A stretch of 64,000 bases of DNA from Bacteroidales bacterium. GTDB taxonomy: Bacteria > Bacteroidota > Bacteroidia > Bacteroidales > WCHB1-69. The stretch lies in contig JBGUMF010000048.1 of NCBI GenBank assembly GCA_045116675.1, positions 3,751-67,750 on the forward strand. The letters are read 5' to 3'. The notes beneath the pieces were generated by a model. That model had not been told where the DNA came from. It searched no databases and worked only from the letters and a program-made list of their open reading frames with translations. Positions 33,039-42,122 of this stretch are shown here, piece after piece. The first letter of the stretch is position 1; each line of letters opens with the position of its first letter. Position numbers and translations under genes: made by a program.

Positions 33039-33920
33039 ATGAAAAAAATCACCTTTATCATTCTTTTTATTGCCACAGTGGCGGCAGCTTGGGCGCAGAA
33101 GCCCGACAAGAAAACCGTGAAATTGGAGAAACAGCTTGTGGGGACTTTCGTGGAAATTCCCTCGGTGCATTACACCGAGTACATCCGCGACACGAACATG
33201 GAAGTGTACGCGTCTCAGGAAATCACGCTGGCGGGATTCCGCATGTTGGAAACGGAGGTGTCCAACAAGGTGTATGACGCCTTTCTGGAGGATTTGAAAG
33301 CACAGGGCCGGATGAAGGATTACGAGTCGGCCCGTGTCCATAACGAGGGCTGGGCTCCCTGGTTGGACAGACCTGTTGACGAGTTCCTGCAAAATCAGGG
33401 AGACTGGGCACCGGTTTATGCCAATTGCCCGGTGGTGAACATCAGCTACGAAAGCGCACAACTGTTTTGCCAGTGGCTGAATGAGAAGATAGCAAGTCCG
33501 GAGTGGGAATATATGCTGCCTACTCGAGAACAATGGCGGGGTGCGGCAAGTTGTGGTGACCCTAATGCATCCTATTCTAATGGTTCTCCATTTCTTGAAA
33601 CCATTGCTAACAAACCCAGATATAACTATTGGCATGTCCCCGAAATGTATATCTCCCGCACGGACGATGGGTATAAAGTGATGGGTCTTTGGTCTGTAAA
33701 ATATCATATTCCCCCTACAGTGCCGGTGAAGACATACTACCGTAACGCCTACGGTCTTTACAATATGTGCGGCAACGCGGCGGAGATGGTTGATGAGCGC
33801 GGCGTCGCGATCGGCGGCAGCTGGTACGACCCTGGCTACGACATCCGTATCGACAGCGAGAAGCCCTACGACGCCCCGTCCCCGCTGATCGGCTTCAGGG
33901 TGATTGCGGTGAAAAAGTAA
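33039..33920 (+). CDS. SUMF1/FGE-fold (formylglycine-generating-enzyme family) protein
   Basis: Signal peptide, then ...MLETEVSNKVYDAFL..., GLYNMCGNAAEMV, GGSW and IGFRV. Confidence 0.75.
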   Translation: MKKITFIILFIATVAAAWAQKPDKKTVKLEKQLVGTFVEIPSVHYTEYIRDTNMEVYASQEITLAGFRMLETEVSNKVYDAFLEDLKAQGRMKDYESARVHNEGWAPWLDRPVDEFLQNQGDWAPVYANCPVVNISYESAQLFCQWLNEKIASPEWEYMLPTREQWRGAASCGDPNASYSNGSPFLETIANKPRYNYWHVPEMYISRTDDGYKVMGLWSVKYHIPPTVPVKTYYRNAYGLYNMCGNAAEMVDERGVAIGGSWYDPGYDIRIDSEKPYDAPSPLIGFRVIAVKK

Positions 33921-33940
33921 CCACGAATCGAAAAAGTCGT

Positions 33941-33948
33941 ATCTTTGC
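33941..33948 (+). promoter_or_regulatory. -7 box
   Basis: TATCTTTG just upstream of the ATG at 33964 or 33979. Confidence 0.45.
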
Positions 33949-33963
33949 GATGAAAATAGTACT

Positions 33964-35181
33964 ATGACAGTGAAAGTTATGAAAAACCGGCTCGTTGCTG
34001 TTGCCAGTCTGTTGATTGTCGCACTGTTGGGTTTTGCATCGTGTGGCGGTACCAAAACCAATAATATGGGCAAGGTCACCATGGACGAGATTCGCAAGAC
34101 CGATTTGTCGCGGCTTATTATGTCCGATACCATCTTTTTAGAGCCGGATGATTATGTTTCCGAGACCGAAGAGAATGTTTTCAATGAGAAGAACTTAGAG
34201 TCGCGCTGGTTTGAGCCGATCGGTTTCCGCGGCAGCGACTGCCAGCGTTTCTACATACACTACGACTCCGTTTATCACAAAGGTAACGGTGTGTATAGGG
34301 TGTATGGTCGCACTCGTTACCGCGACACTATCCGATTATTCACCGGAATGCTTATGCTGGATTCTCTGTGGTTGAATGAGGAGGAATATCTGCCAAAATA
34401 TGCTGAATTCGGCAGGTTATACGGCTACTACATGTATGAAGAAGACGAATTTTCCGGTGGCGGGGTGCTGTCTGGCAAGATGCGGATTGACTTTGCCAAA
34501 GTAAACGGACGATTCTACTACGATGCCGTTATGCTCGGTTGCGCTGATGGTTACGAGAACAGCCAGTACGAAGGAACTTGGACGTCGAAGGATTTATCCC
34601 GCAAAGAAAAGTGCAACTGGGGCGACTTCCGGATTCCCGACTCCCAATACTTGGATGCCGGCGCGGGAGAGTTTAGTCCTGACGAAAAGTGTTTGGACCG
34701 AGGGTGGCGCATCTATACATACATTTTTGAGGAGAATGACTCCTTGCAGGCACTCTTGCGGGCTGATGAACAGTGGTTTACGCATGAAAACGACTATGTT
34801 ATCCCTTATTCCGGCAGGTTGCAGCGTTACCTCAAAACATACGGTCGCCACAAACGCCCAGCCGCCAAGGTGGTGTTGGCCACTATTCCGTCAACCGAAG
34901 AGGAATTTTATGTCTGGTATAAGGTGGTGGAAGAGCCCCTGTCACAAGACAATCACCTTTGGAATCGGATAAGCGAGTACGCCTTCGCCGACAGTACCGG
35001 CATCATGTTCGCCTACATGCGCATGGGCGAATTTTCAGACGGGTACATTTCGGAGGGTCTTTTCGATGATTATATCAGATTAAAGGAAAAACACCCTGTT
35101 CTTTTCGCCCAATATCGTAAACGGTTATCGCGAATGTGGAACGAGGTGTATGACGAATGGGAGACGTTGTACGGAGAGTAA
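33964..35181 (+). CDS. lipoprotein of unknown function
   Basis: MKNRLVAVASLLIVALLGFASCGG lipobox (the start may be 33979). No recognisable domain. Confidence 0.6.
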   Translation: MTVKVMKNRLVAVASLLIVALLGFASCGGTKTNNMGKVTMDEIRKTDLSRLIMSDTIFLEPDDYVSETEENVFNEKNLESRWFEPIGFRGSDCQRFYIHYDSVYHKGNGVYRVYGRTRYRDTIRLFTGMLMLDSLWLNEEEYLPKYAEFGRLYGYYMYEEDEFSGGGVLSGKMRIDFAKVNGRFYYDAVMLGCADGYENSQYEGTWTSKDLSRKEKCNWGDFRIPDSQYLDAGAGEFSPDEKCLDRGWRIYTYIFEENDSLQALLRADEQWFTHENDYVIPYSGRLQRYLKTYGRHKRPAAKVVLATIPSTEEEFYVWYKVVEEPLSQDNHLWNRISEYAFADSTGIMFAYMRMGEFSDGYISEGLFDDYIRLKEKHPVLFAQYRKRLSRMWNEVYDEWETLYGE

Positions 35182-35222
35182 ACATATCTTATGTTTTATT
35201 ATTCAGTTCACAGGAAAATGAC

Positions 35223-35230
35223 TATCTTTG
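35223..35230 (+). promoter_or_regulatory. -7 box
   Basis: TATCTTTG, 21 nt upstream of the ATG at 35251. Confidence 0.5.
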
Positions 35231-35250
35231 CCCTCTAATATTCGAACGCC

Positions 35251-35700
35251 ATGTTGTTATCCAAAGAAATTGCCGTCTATATCAATCTGGCCGCCTGCCG
35301 GCTGAAGCAATACACCGCCGCCATGCTGAAGCAGAATAACATGGGGCTGACTCCGGAGCAGTTCCTGTTGGTGGACATCCTCTGGAATCAGGGCCCGATG
35401 TCGCAGCAGAGCCTGGCTAACAACATGCAGAAAGACAAGAACTCTGTTACCAAGCTGGTAGATGCGTTGGAGAAAAAGTCCTTTATTGCCCGGCGGAAAA
35501 ATCCCAACGACAAGCGTTCCAATATCATTGTGCTCACACCTAAGGGCGAGCGCATGAAGCAGGAAGCCAAGCAGTTTGGTATCTCTATGTTGGACAAAGT
35601 CCTCGCCGGCATCAGCGAGGAGGAACTGCGCAACTTTCTGGTTACCTTGGACAAGCTGTCGGAGAACATGTCGCAACCACTTGCGGAGGAGTACATGTAG
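35251..35700 (+). CDS. MarR family transcriptional regulator
   Basis: Winged-helix core LTPEQFLLVDILWNQGPMSQQSLANNMQKDKNSVTKLVDALEKKSFIARRKNPNDKRS. Confidence 0.85.
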   Translation: MLLSKEIAVYINLAACRLKQYTAAMLKQNNMGLTPEQFLLVDILWNQGPMSQQSLANNMQKDKNSVTKLVDALEKKSFIARRKNPNDKRSNIIVLTPKGERMKQEAKQFGISMLDKVLAGISEEELRNFLVTLDKLSENMSQPLAEEYM

Positions 35701-35854
35701 TCCTGTGTGAGGCCCCGAAATGCCTTCAAAGATTGCGCAACCCGAGAACTGTCAAGCTTGCAGGGGTGGTTGGTGCCTCGATTATGATAAACAATGGAAA
35801 ATCATTCGCGCTTTGCGCTCGCTTGGATAGGAACAGCAATCTGTTTGCGTCTGA

Positions 35855-37138
35855 TTAGAACAACGCGCTCACCTTCTCGATGATGGTCTCGGATGGCAGG
35901 TCGGGCGAGAGGATGAGGTCGGGCTCTTTGAAGACGAATCCCTTGCTCATGGCGGTGAGGGAGCCTCCGCCGGTGCAGTTGAGCATGATGTATTCCTCCT
36001 TTTTCACCACCCCTTCCTTGACGGCTTGCGCCAGCGCGCTCACGGCCACACAGGCGGCGGGCAGAAGGTCGTAGCCCTCCAGATTACGGTACTGCATCAT
36101 CCAATACATGATGTCGTTGTTGTCGGCCAGGAACACGTCGCCGTGGCTTTCCGTCAGCGTGTCGAACAGGCCGCCGGCGAGACTGTAGGGCGGTTTGCGG
36201 TTGGAGAGCACCTTGGCGAGGATGACCTCGGCCTGACGGCGGCCCTCTTCAGCGGAAAGGTCGGGCAGGGCCCGTGACTGGGCCTTCCAGGCGTCGTACA
36301 TGAGGGTGAAGGGCTTGTTCTGGGCCACATATACGCGCATGTTGTTGTTGCCGAAGCGTCCGTCGGCCTCCAGACGGCAGGCGTTCTCCCAGGCGGCGAT
36401 GGCTCCGGTGCCGGAACCTACGGCCTGGAAGTAGGCGTCAGGGATGCGTTGCATCTGCTCCACACAGCTCAGCAGGGTGGTGCCCATGCCGTCGCGGCGC
36501 GCCACGTTCTTGGCCCCGCCTTCCAGAAAATAACGGTGGTCTTCCGCCAGCTTCTCGCCAACGGCGATGGCATCGTAATAGTCATACCCATGGGGCACGG
36601 CCACTAACTTGACGCACTTGTCCAGCTTCTTGCTGAACCAGAGGTCGTGGAGGTTGTCATAGGGCACGCACAGCACGATGGGGATGTGGTTGTCGGAACA
36701 CACCTGTGCGAAGGCGCGGGCCGTGTTGCCGGCGGACTGTACCACGAGGATGCGGTTTTCGTTGCGGCTGATGCGGGCCAGCACCGAGTAGGCCTCCGTC
36801 TCCTTGAAGGAGCAGGTGCGCATCTTGGCCCCGATCTTCGGGCACCAGCCGGAGAAGGTGATGTACAGGTTGTCCAAACCCAGGAATTTGGCCAGACCCT
36901 TGGACTTGTAGGTGACGGGGGCGCAGGATTTCTTCAGAGTGCGGTTGATGGGCATCCAGTCCGCATAGCGGTAGATACCTTTCAGGTCTTCGCGCGGGGT
37001 GAACAGGATGTTCTTGTAGATGGCGCGGATCAGCGACGGCTTCTTGCCGTCGGGGTCACTCAATGTCCAACCTTTGTCTTCAAATGTATGGCCGTTCTCA
37101 ACATTGACGAGAAGGTATTGCGTGGGTTTGAATCTCAT
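35855..37138 (-). CDS. threonine-synthase-fold PLP enzyme, most likely cysteate synthase (CapA-type)
   Basis: PLP-lysine context CSFKETEAY. N-terminus ...FEDKGWTLSDPDGKKPSLIRAIYKN...YRYADWMPI recalls annotated cysteate synthases. Shares an operon with an alpha-oxoamine synthase and an SDR. Confidence 0.65.
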   Translation of the reverse strand: MRFKPTQYLLVNVENGHTFEDKGWTLSDPDGKKPSLIRAIYKNILFTPREDLKGIYRYADWMPINRTLKKSCAPVTYKSKGLAKFLGLDNLYITFSGWCPKIGAKMRTCSFKETEAYSVLARISRNENRILVVQSAGNTARAFAQVCSDNHIPIVLCVPYDNLHDLWFSKKLDKCVKLVAVPHGYDYYDAIAVGEKLAEDHRYFLEGGAKNVARRDGMGTTLLSCVEQMQRIPDAYFQAVGSGTGAIAAWENACRLEADGRFGNNNMRVYVAQNKPFTLMYDAWKAQSRALPDLSAEEGRRQAEVILAKVLSNRKPPYSLAGGLFDTLTESHGDVFLADNNDIMYWMMQYRNLEGYDLLPAACVAVSALAQAVKEGVVKKEEYIMLNCTGGGSLTAMSKGFVFKEPDLILSPDLPSETIIEKVSALF

Positions 37139-37174
37139 AATCGTTATGGTTTTTAAGGGTGAATTATTGTTTGG

Positions 37175-39004
37175 TTATTTATTTCCTTTCTGGGTGGATG
37201 TGGATTGTGCGTTGATGATTTCCGCCAGGTCGCGCACGGGCCGGTCGGAATATCGGGCGAAGGTGGCGAGGCAGAGCGGGCAGGCGGTGGCGATGGCGTC
37301 GGCGCGGCTGGTGTAGAGGTTCTCCAAGGCGGCGCGTGTCATCTCCTCGCGCTGGGCGAAGCTGAGCGTCAGCGAGCCTAACGATCCGCCGCAGCAAATG
37401 CTCTCCTCACGGTTCTTTTCGGCCTCCGCAATGCTTGCCGACTTGCCGATGAGCTTCCGCGGCTCGTCGTAGATGCCGCATCCGCGTCCCAGCTCGCAGG
37501 GGTCGTGGAACACGTAGCACAGGTCGCTCTTCTCCAGTCGAATCTTGTCTTGTTGCACCAACTCGTTGAAATAGTGGCTGTAATGGACCACTCGGATGCC
37601 TGGCAGGTGGTATTCTTCCATGAACATCTTATAGCAGATGGGACAGCTCACCAGCAGGGTGTCGGCACCGCTGCCCAATATGATTTCTTCGTTTTTGTGC
37701 ATCAGCTCTTTGGCCGCTTCGGCACGTCCGGCGGTCAGCAGCGGTCGTCCGCAGCAGAGACCGCCGTCGCGGTCCATCCACACATAGTCCACGCCCGCTT
37801 TCTTGAGGATGGATTCCATGCTCTGTCCGATGGCGGGGGTGAGCTGGCTCATGCAGCCGCTGAAATAGAGCACCTTCCCATGGCTGGCGGTTTCGGTCAT
37901 GGGCTGTGTATTGATGTTTGAGTAGTCGGGGGAGAGGTTGTAGTGGCGGCGCGAACGTTCCATGATGCGCAGTTGCGGGCCTTCGACGCACACCTGGCAT
38001 ACGCTGTGGCACTTGCCGCAGAGGAGGCACTTGTCGGAAATCTCCTCAATGCGTTTCTCGTTGCCACGGCGCATCTGGCGGGTGAGATAGACAGTACAAT
38101 CCTTCAGATGGCTCCGGTTGACGCTCATCGGGCAGGCATCGATGCAGACGCCGCAGTTGGGACAACTGTAGACTTGCAGCTTGGCGAACCCTTTGCGGGA
38201 GTCGCGGATCTTGAGACCGGCATTGCGCAGGGGTATGAGCATCATCTCCGCCGGGATGTGCATGTAGCGCGTGAAGGGCAGCACGCACATAAAGACGCAG
38301 AGGGCGATGGAGTAGGCCCACCACGTGGGGAGCATGTTGAGGTCGTTGCCGAGGAACTGGCGGAAGATCCAGTTGGCCGGGATGGTCAGGAAGGAGCCGC
38401 CGCTGATGTGGGCGGTGAAACTCTCGGCCAGCAGTCGCAACGGGAAGATGGCCCACAACGCATAGAGGCCGATTTGGTTCAACAGGGAGGGACGTGCCGT
38501 GCGCCTCATGCCGAAGAAACGGGAGTGCACGCGCTTGATCATGGCCAGCACGATGCCGCTGAGCACAATCAGCAAAAAGAGGTCCATGAGGAACATCAGC
38601 AGGGAGCCTTGCAGGGTCACATCCGGCCCTTCAGCCACGAAGTAGTTGAAGAAGATGGGGTAGTAGAACATGTGGATACGTTCGGGTACGAAGAGGAAGA
38701 CCTCAAGATGGCCGAGTACAATGAGCATGAACCAGCCGAAGGCGATGCTGGAGTGCATGTAGCCCAACAGCTTGTTACGTTTCCAGAGTTTGACGTGGAT
38801 GAGGCAGTCCTTGAGGATGTCCCAGCAGTTCTTGACGATGATCTTGGGGTTGATAAGCGACAGCAGGAACTTGCGCAGGTCTTTTCTGGGCAGTTGCCAT
38901 AATATACGTACCATCCCGAAGAGGCAGTATGACAGTACGAAGACCATTCCGAAGAGGAAGGGCAGCACGAACGGGTGAAAGCCGGAAGGTATTCTATCAA
39001 TCAT
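37175..39004 (-). CDS. membrane-anchored HdrD/DsrK-like Fe-S protein (NarI/DsrM-like 5-TM N-domain fused to 2x[4Fe-4S] and two CCG domains)
   Basis: Five N-terminal helices with conserved His. CPNCGVCIDACP and CLLCGKCHSVCQ. CCG-type GLCCGRP...SCPICY and DPCELG...SICCGGS...ACPLC. Confidence 0.75.
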   Translation of the reverse strand: MIDRIPSGFHPFVLPFLFGMVFVLSYCLFGMVRILWQLPRKDLRKFLLSLINPKIIVKNCWDILKDCLIHVKLWKRNKLLGYMHSSIAFGWFMLIVLGHLEVFLFVPERIHMFYYPIFFNYFVAEGPDVTLQGSLLMFLMDLFLLIVLSGIVLAMIKRVHSRFFGMRRTARPSLLNQIGLYALWAIFPLRLLAESFTAHISGGSFLTIPANWIFRQFLGNDLNMLPTWWAYSIALCVFMCVLPFTRYMHIPAEMMLIPLRNAGLKIRDSRKGFAKLQVYSCPNCGVCIDACPMSVNRSHLKDCTVYLTRQMRRGNEKRIEEISDKCLLCGKCHSVCQVCVEGPQLRIMERSRRHYNLSPDYSNINTQPMTETASHGKVLYFSGCMSQLTPAIGQSMESILKKAGVDYVWMDRDGGLCCGRPLLTAGRAEAAKELMHKNEEIILGSGADTLLVSCPICYKMFMEEYHLPGIRVVHYSHYFNELVQQDKIRLEKSDLCYVFHDPCELGRGCGIYDEPRKLIGKSASIAEAEKNREESICCGGSLGSLTLSFAQREEMTRAALENLYTSRADAIATACPLCLATFARYSDRPVRDLAEIINAQSTSTQKGNK

Positions 39005-39314
39005 AAATTCTGTAAAGGGTCAAAATGAGGTGACGGGTGTTGATAGCGCGGGGGCACACCATGGTGCATTTGCCGCAGAGCATACAGTTGGATAACATGG
39101 GGCGCACATCCTGGTCGCGCTGGAGGGCGAGGATGACCTTGCGGAGGCTCATGCCGCTGAAGGATGCGGCGGTGCAGCTCGCACTGCAAGAACCGCAGCT
39201 CATGCAGATGCGGGCGTCCGGCTCCATGTTGCAGAGCTTCTTGTACAGGGTGTTGTCCACCGTGTCGAGGTTGATGGTGGAGCTTTTGCTGAGGGAGAAT
39301 CCGAAATCCATCAT
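38997..39314 (-). CDS. small di-cluster ferredoxin-like protein (HdrC-like core)
   Basis: Start taken at MMDFGF, whose ATG overlaps the upstream TGA (ATGA). CMSCGSCSASC and CMLCGKCTMVCP. The longer track ORF N-terminus is Arg/Gly junk that overlaps the hdrA-like gene. Confidence 0.65.
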   Translation of the reverse strand: MMDFGFSLSKSSTINLDTVDNTLYKKLCNMEPDARICMSCGSCSASCTAASFSGMSLRKVILALQRDQDVRPMLSNCMLCGKCTMVCPRAINTRHLILTLYRIYD

Positions 39315-40324
39315 GCCTGTGTCAGATAATGGTGAATACTGAGCACGGCGGCGCGGGCCTCGGCCACGGTCTCCGGCACGGTCTTGGTGCCCGTGCACGC
39401 GCCGGCGTAGAAGATGCCCGGTCGGTTCGACTCCATGATGGAATATACGTTGTCGCGGCTCTTGAGGAAGCCGTCGTCGTCAATGTCAAGGCCGATCATC
39501 TCAGCCAGCTCGCTGGTGCGCGGGTTGCACACCATGCCCGACATGAGCACAAGCAGGTCGAGGGTGACCTTCAACGGCTTGCCGGTGAGCGTGTCCTCCG
39601 CCTTCACCTGCACGCGGTTGTCAATGGTCTCGCCCACTTCCGACACGCGGCCACGGATGAAGTGCACGCCGAAGTCGCGCTGCGCGTTGATGTAGAAGTC
39701 TTCATATTTTTTGCCGAACAGACGCAGATCCATGTAGAAGCAATAGACCTCCGTGTCGGGGAATATCTCCTTGATTTCGATGGCCTGCTTGATGGCTGTC
39801 GTGCAGCACACCTTGGAGCATTGGCTGTTGCCGGCCTTCAGGTCGCGCGAGCCCACGCAATGCACGAAGCCAACCGCTTTGGGGTGCTCGGGGATGCGGG
39901 CATCGGCACGCTTGTTGAACCAGGCTTCCAGGTCGGCGTTGGTGATGACCCGGTCATACACGCCGTAGCCGTATTCCTCCTTCTTGGCTGCATCAAAAAG
40001 ATGGAAGCCACTGGCGACAAGGACGGCTTTGGCCACAATGTTGACACCGTTGTTTAAAATCACATTATAACTGTCTCCCAATGCGTTGATGGAGTTTACC
40101 TTGGTCTCCAGAAACACGTTGGCATCCTTGATCTGGTTGGACAAACCGTCGAGCAGCTCGTGCGAGGAGGTCATGTCGGGGAACAGCTTGTGCCATTGTG
40201 ACACGTGGCCGCCGAGGTGGTCCTGCTGTTCGATGATGATGGGGTTGTAGCCGAGTACGAGAAGCTGCTTGGCTGCCTCCATGCCGGCTATGCCGCCACC
40301 GATGATTACGATATTTTCTTTCAT
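39311..40324 (-). CDS. HdrA-like FAD/[4Fe-4S] oxidoreductase (minimal core, sHdrA/QmoA-sized)
   Basis: IVIIGGGIAGMEAA dinucleotide motif and the HdrA-family cluster signature CVGSRDLKAGNSQCSKVCC. Confidence 0.8.
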   Translation of the reverse strand: MKENIVIIGGGIAGMEAAKQLLVLGYNPIIIEQQDHLGGHVSQWHKLFPDMTSSHELLDGLSNQIKDANVFLETKVNSINALGDSYNVILNNGVNIVAKAVLVASGFHLFDAAKKEEYGYGVYDRVITNADLEAWFNKRADARIPEHPKAVGFVHCVGSRDLKAGNSQCSKVCCTTAIKQAIEIKEIFPDTEVYCFYMDLRLFGKKYEDFYINAQRDFGVHFIRGRVSEVGETIDNRVQVKAEDTLTGKPLKVTLDLLVLMSGMVCNPRTSELAEMIGLDIDDDGFLKSRDNVYSIMESNRPGIFYAGACTGTKTVPETVAEARAAVLSIHHYLTQA

Positions 40325-40328
40325 AATG

Positions 40329-41399
40329 CTAACAACATTTTATGGATTTGGGAAGCTCAGGACGCATAATATCTTCTTTGTTCAAGCCCAAATACTTGGC
40401 TTTCGGGTCGTATTCCACGCCGATTTTGTCTAAGAAAGGTTCCACAGCCACCTGGTGCAGTTGCAGACCGAGGTCCCAGGGATCATAGCCGAGGATGATG
40501 CCGGCCAGTTCCTCGTATGTCAACACGGGGATTCCGTAGCCATCTTTGCCGTAGGTCTTGCCTGTCTGCTCGGCGATGACGTACTGCCAACGGTCGAGGA
40601 AGTAGGGGCATCCGGGGCAGTTGGTGATGATGGCGTCGGGGTGGAAGGGCTCCATGGATTCAAATTTCTTCCAGGTGTTGGACACGCTGTAACTCCGGTT
40701 GGCCTTCACGTGGTATTGCCGGAACCCATAGCCGCAGCAGTGGCGCCGCTCAGGGTAGTCCACCACCTGCCCGCCCCAGCTCTCGATCATGCCGGCCAGC
40801 ACGTAGGGGTACTCCGCACCGCCCACGCCCTTGCTGGGGAACATCTTCGCATAATGGCAGCCGATGTGCTCCACAATCTTCAGTGGCTCGCCGGTCTCCT
40901 TGTTGACGAGATGGTATTTGGCCTTGGCGGCAATGGCGTTGCGCCAATGGTAGATGAGGTCGCTGGTGTGCGCCAGATACTTGGGCTTTTTGAACTCCCG
41001 CTTGCAGGCTTTCCACAGGTTCTCGCGGATCTTGGCCTCCAGCTCGGGAAACTCGTGCCATGTTTCCAAGATCTCGCAATAGTTGCCGAAGGAGGTGATG
41101 CAGCTGGGCACGTAGTTCTCGTAGCCGGCCTCCGTCATCAGGGCGAACTGCCGCGCCACGATGGTCATGACCGTCTCCTGGGGGATGGTGTCGCAGTGGT
41201 AGGCGATACCACCACAGGTGGTGTGATGAGGGGTCTCATAGAGGTCCTTTCCCAACACTTTTTGCGTGATTTCCGTGAACATCTTCTCACTGGCGGGGAA
41301 GAAATTCTGCCGGATGCAGCTGCGCACGTAATACCAGTGGTCATCGGGGATTTCCTTCTGGTAGTCGCTCCATATCTTTTGTTTGCCTTCTGTAATCAT
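40329..41399 (-). CDS. HdrB-like protein with two CCG domains
   Basis: First domain is degenerate (TTCGG). Second domain reads RRHCCGYG...TNCPGC. Follows the HdrC-like gene after 6 nt. Confidence 0.75.
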   Translation of the reverse strand: MITEGKQKIWSDYQKEIPDDHWYYVRSCIRQNFFPASEKMFTEITQKVLGKDLYETPHHTTCGGIAYHCDTIPQETVMTIVARQFALMTEAGYENYVPSCITSFGNYCEILETWHEFPELEAKIRENLWKACKREFKKPKYLAHTSDLIYHWRNAIAAKAKYHLVNKETGEPLKIVEHIGCHYAKMFPSKGVGGAEYPYVLAGMIESWGGQVVDYPERRHCCGYGFRQYHVKANRSYSVSNTWKKFESMEPFHPDAIITNCPGCPYFLDRWQYVIAEQTGKTYGKDGYGIPVLTYEELAGIILGYDPWDLGLQLHQVAVEPFLDKIGVEYDPKAKYLGLNKEDIMRPELPKSIKCC

Positions 41400-41405
41400 A
41401 ACGGA

Positions 41406-42122
41406 TTAATGGTTAAAATGTTTGTCCGAGCAGTACTCGAATGCCTGTCTTTCGTATTCTTCAATATCCATACCCATCTCTTCGGCCTTGGCTTTGGAGT
41501 ACTCCTCCACGATGCGGATGCGTTCGGTGCCGCCAGTCACATCGAAGATGGCCTTGAGCTCGTCAAGCGACTCCTGCGGTATCTTCCGCAGGATGCCGGG
41601 CCCGTCGCCCATGTAGTTGGCACCCTGGCGTGCGAGGCTCTGCTCGAGATGCTCGGTATGCCATTTCCAGACGGGGCCGGACTCTTTATGATCCTCCCAT
41701 TTGAAGGATTTGGGATGGACGCAGTAGCCGTAGTTGAGGATGTTGCCCGTCATGATGTGGGTGAGGGGCAACAACTGGCGACCCTTCTCCGATTCGGTGA
41801 AGTAGCCGAGGCGGGCACTGAGGTCGCGCAGGGCGATGATGACGAGGCCGGGCCCGTTCTTGCGCGGGCAGCGCGTCACGCAGCTCATGCACTCGCCGCA
41901 GTACCAGATGATGTCCGACTTCAGCAACTCTTCGATCTGCTTGTCGTCGCGTGTCTGCACGATGCTGACGATTTTTCGGGGATCATATTTGTAAAACTCT
42001 GCCGCCGGACATATCGCCGTGCAGGTCCCGCAGTTGATGCAGGTGTGGAACCCTTCTTTGAAACGGTAGTCCTTGCAAAGCTCCTCGTATAGGTTCTTGG
42101 GTTTGTTGTCTTCGTTGTTCAT
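41406..42122 (-). CDS. HdrC-like 2x[4Fe-4S] protein
   Basis: CINCGTCTAICP and CGECMSCVTRCP with a long helical C-terminal extension. Its ATG abuts the SDR stop (TAAATG). Confidence 0.75.
   Translation of the reverse strand: MNNEDNKPKNLYEELCKDYRFKEGFHTCINCGTCTAICPAAEFYKYDPRKIVSIVQTRDDKQIEELLKSDIIWYCGECMSCVTRCPRKNGPGLVIIALRDLSARLGYFTESEKGRQLLPLTHIMTGNILNYGYCVHPKSFKWEDHKESGPVWKWHTEHLEQSLARQGANYMGDGPGILRKIPQESLDELKAIFDVTGGTERIRIVEEYSKAKAEEMGMDIEEYERQAFEYCSDKHFNH

Noticed and set aside
33030-34133. 367-aa minus-strand ORF opposite the SUMF1-like gene.
   Set aside because: It spans an intergenic promoter region and is antisense to a signal-peptide protein with FGE-family motifs.
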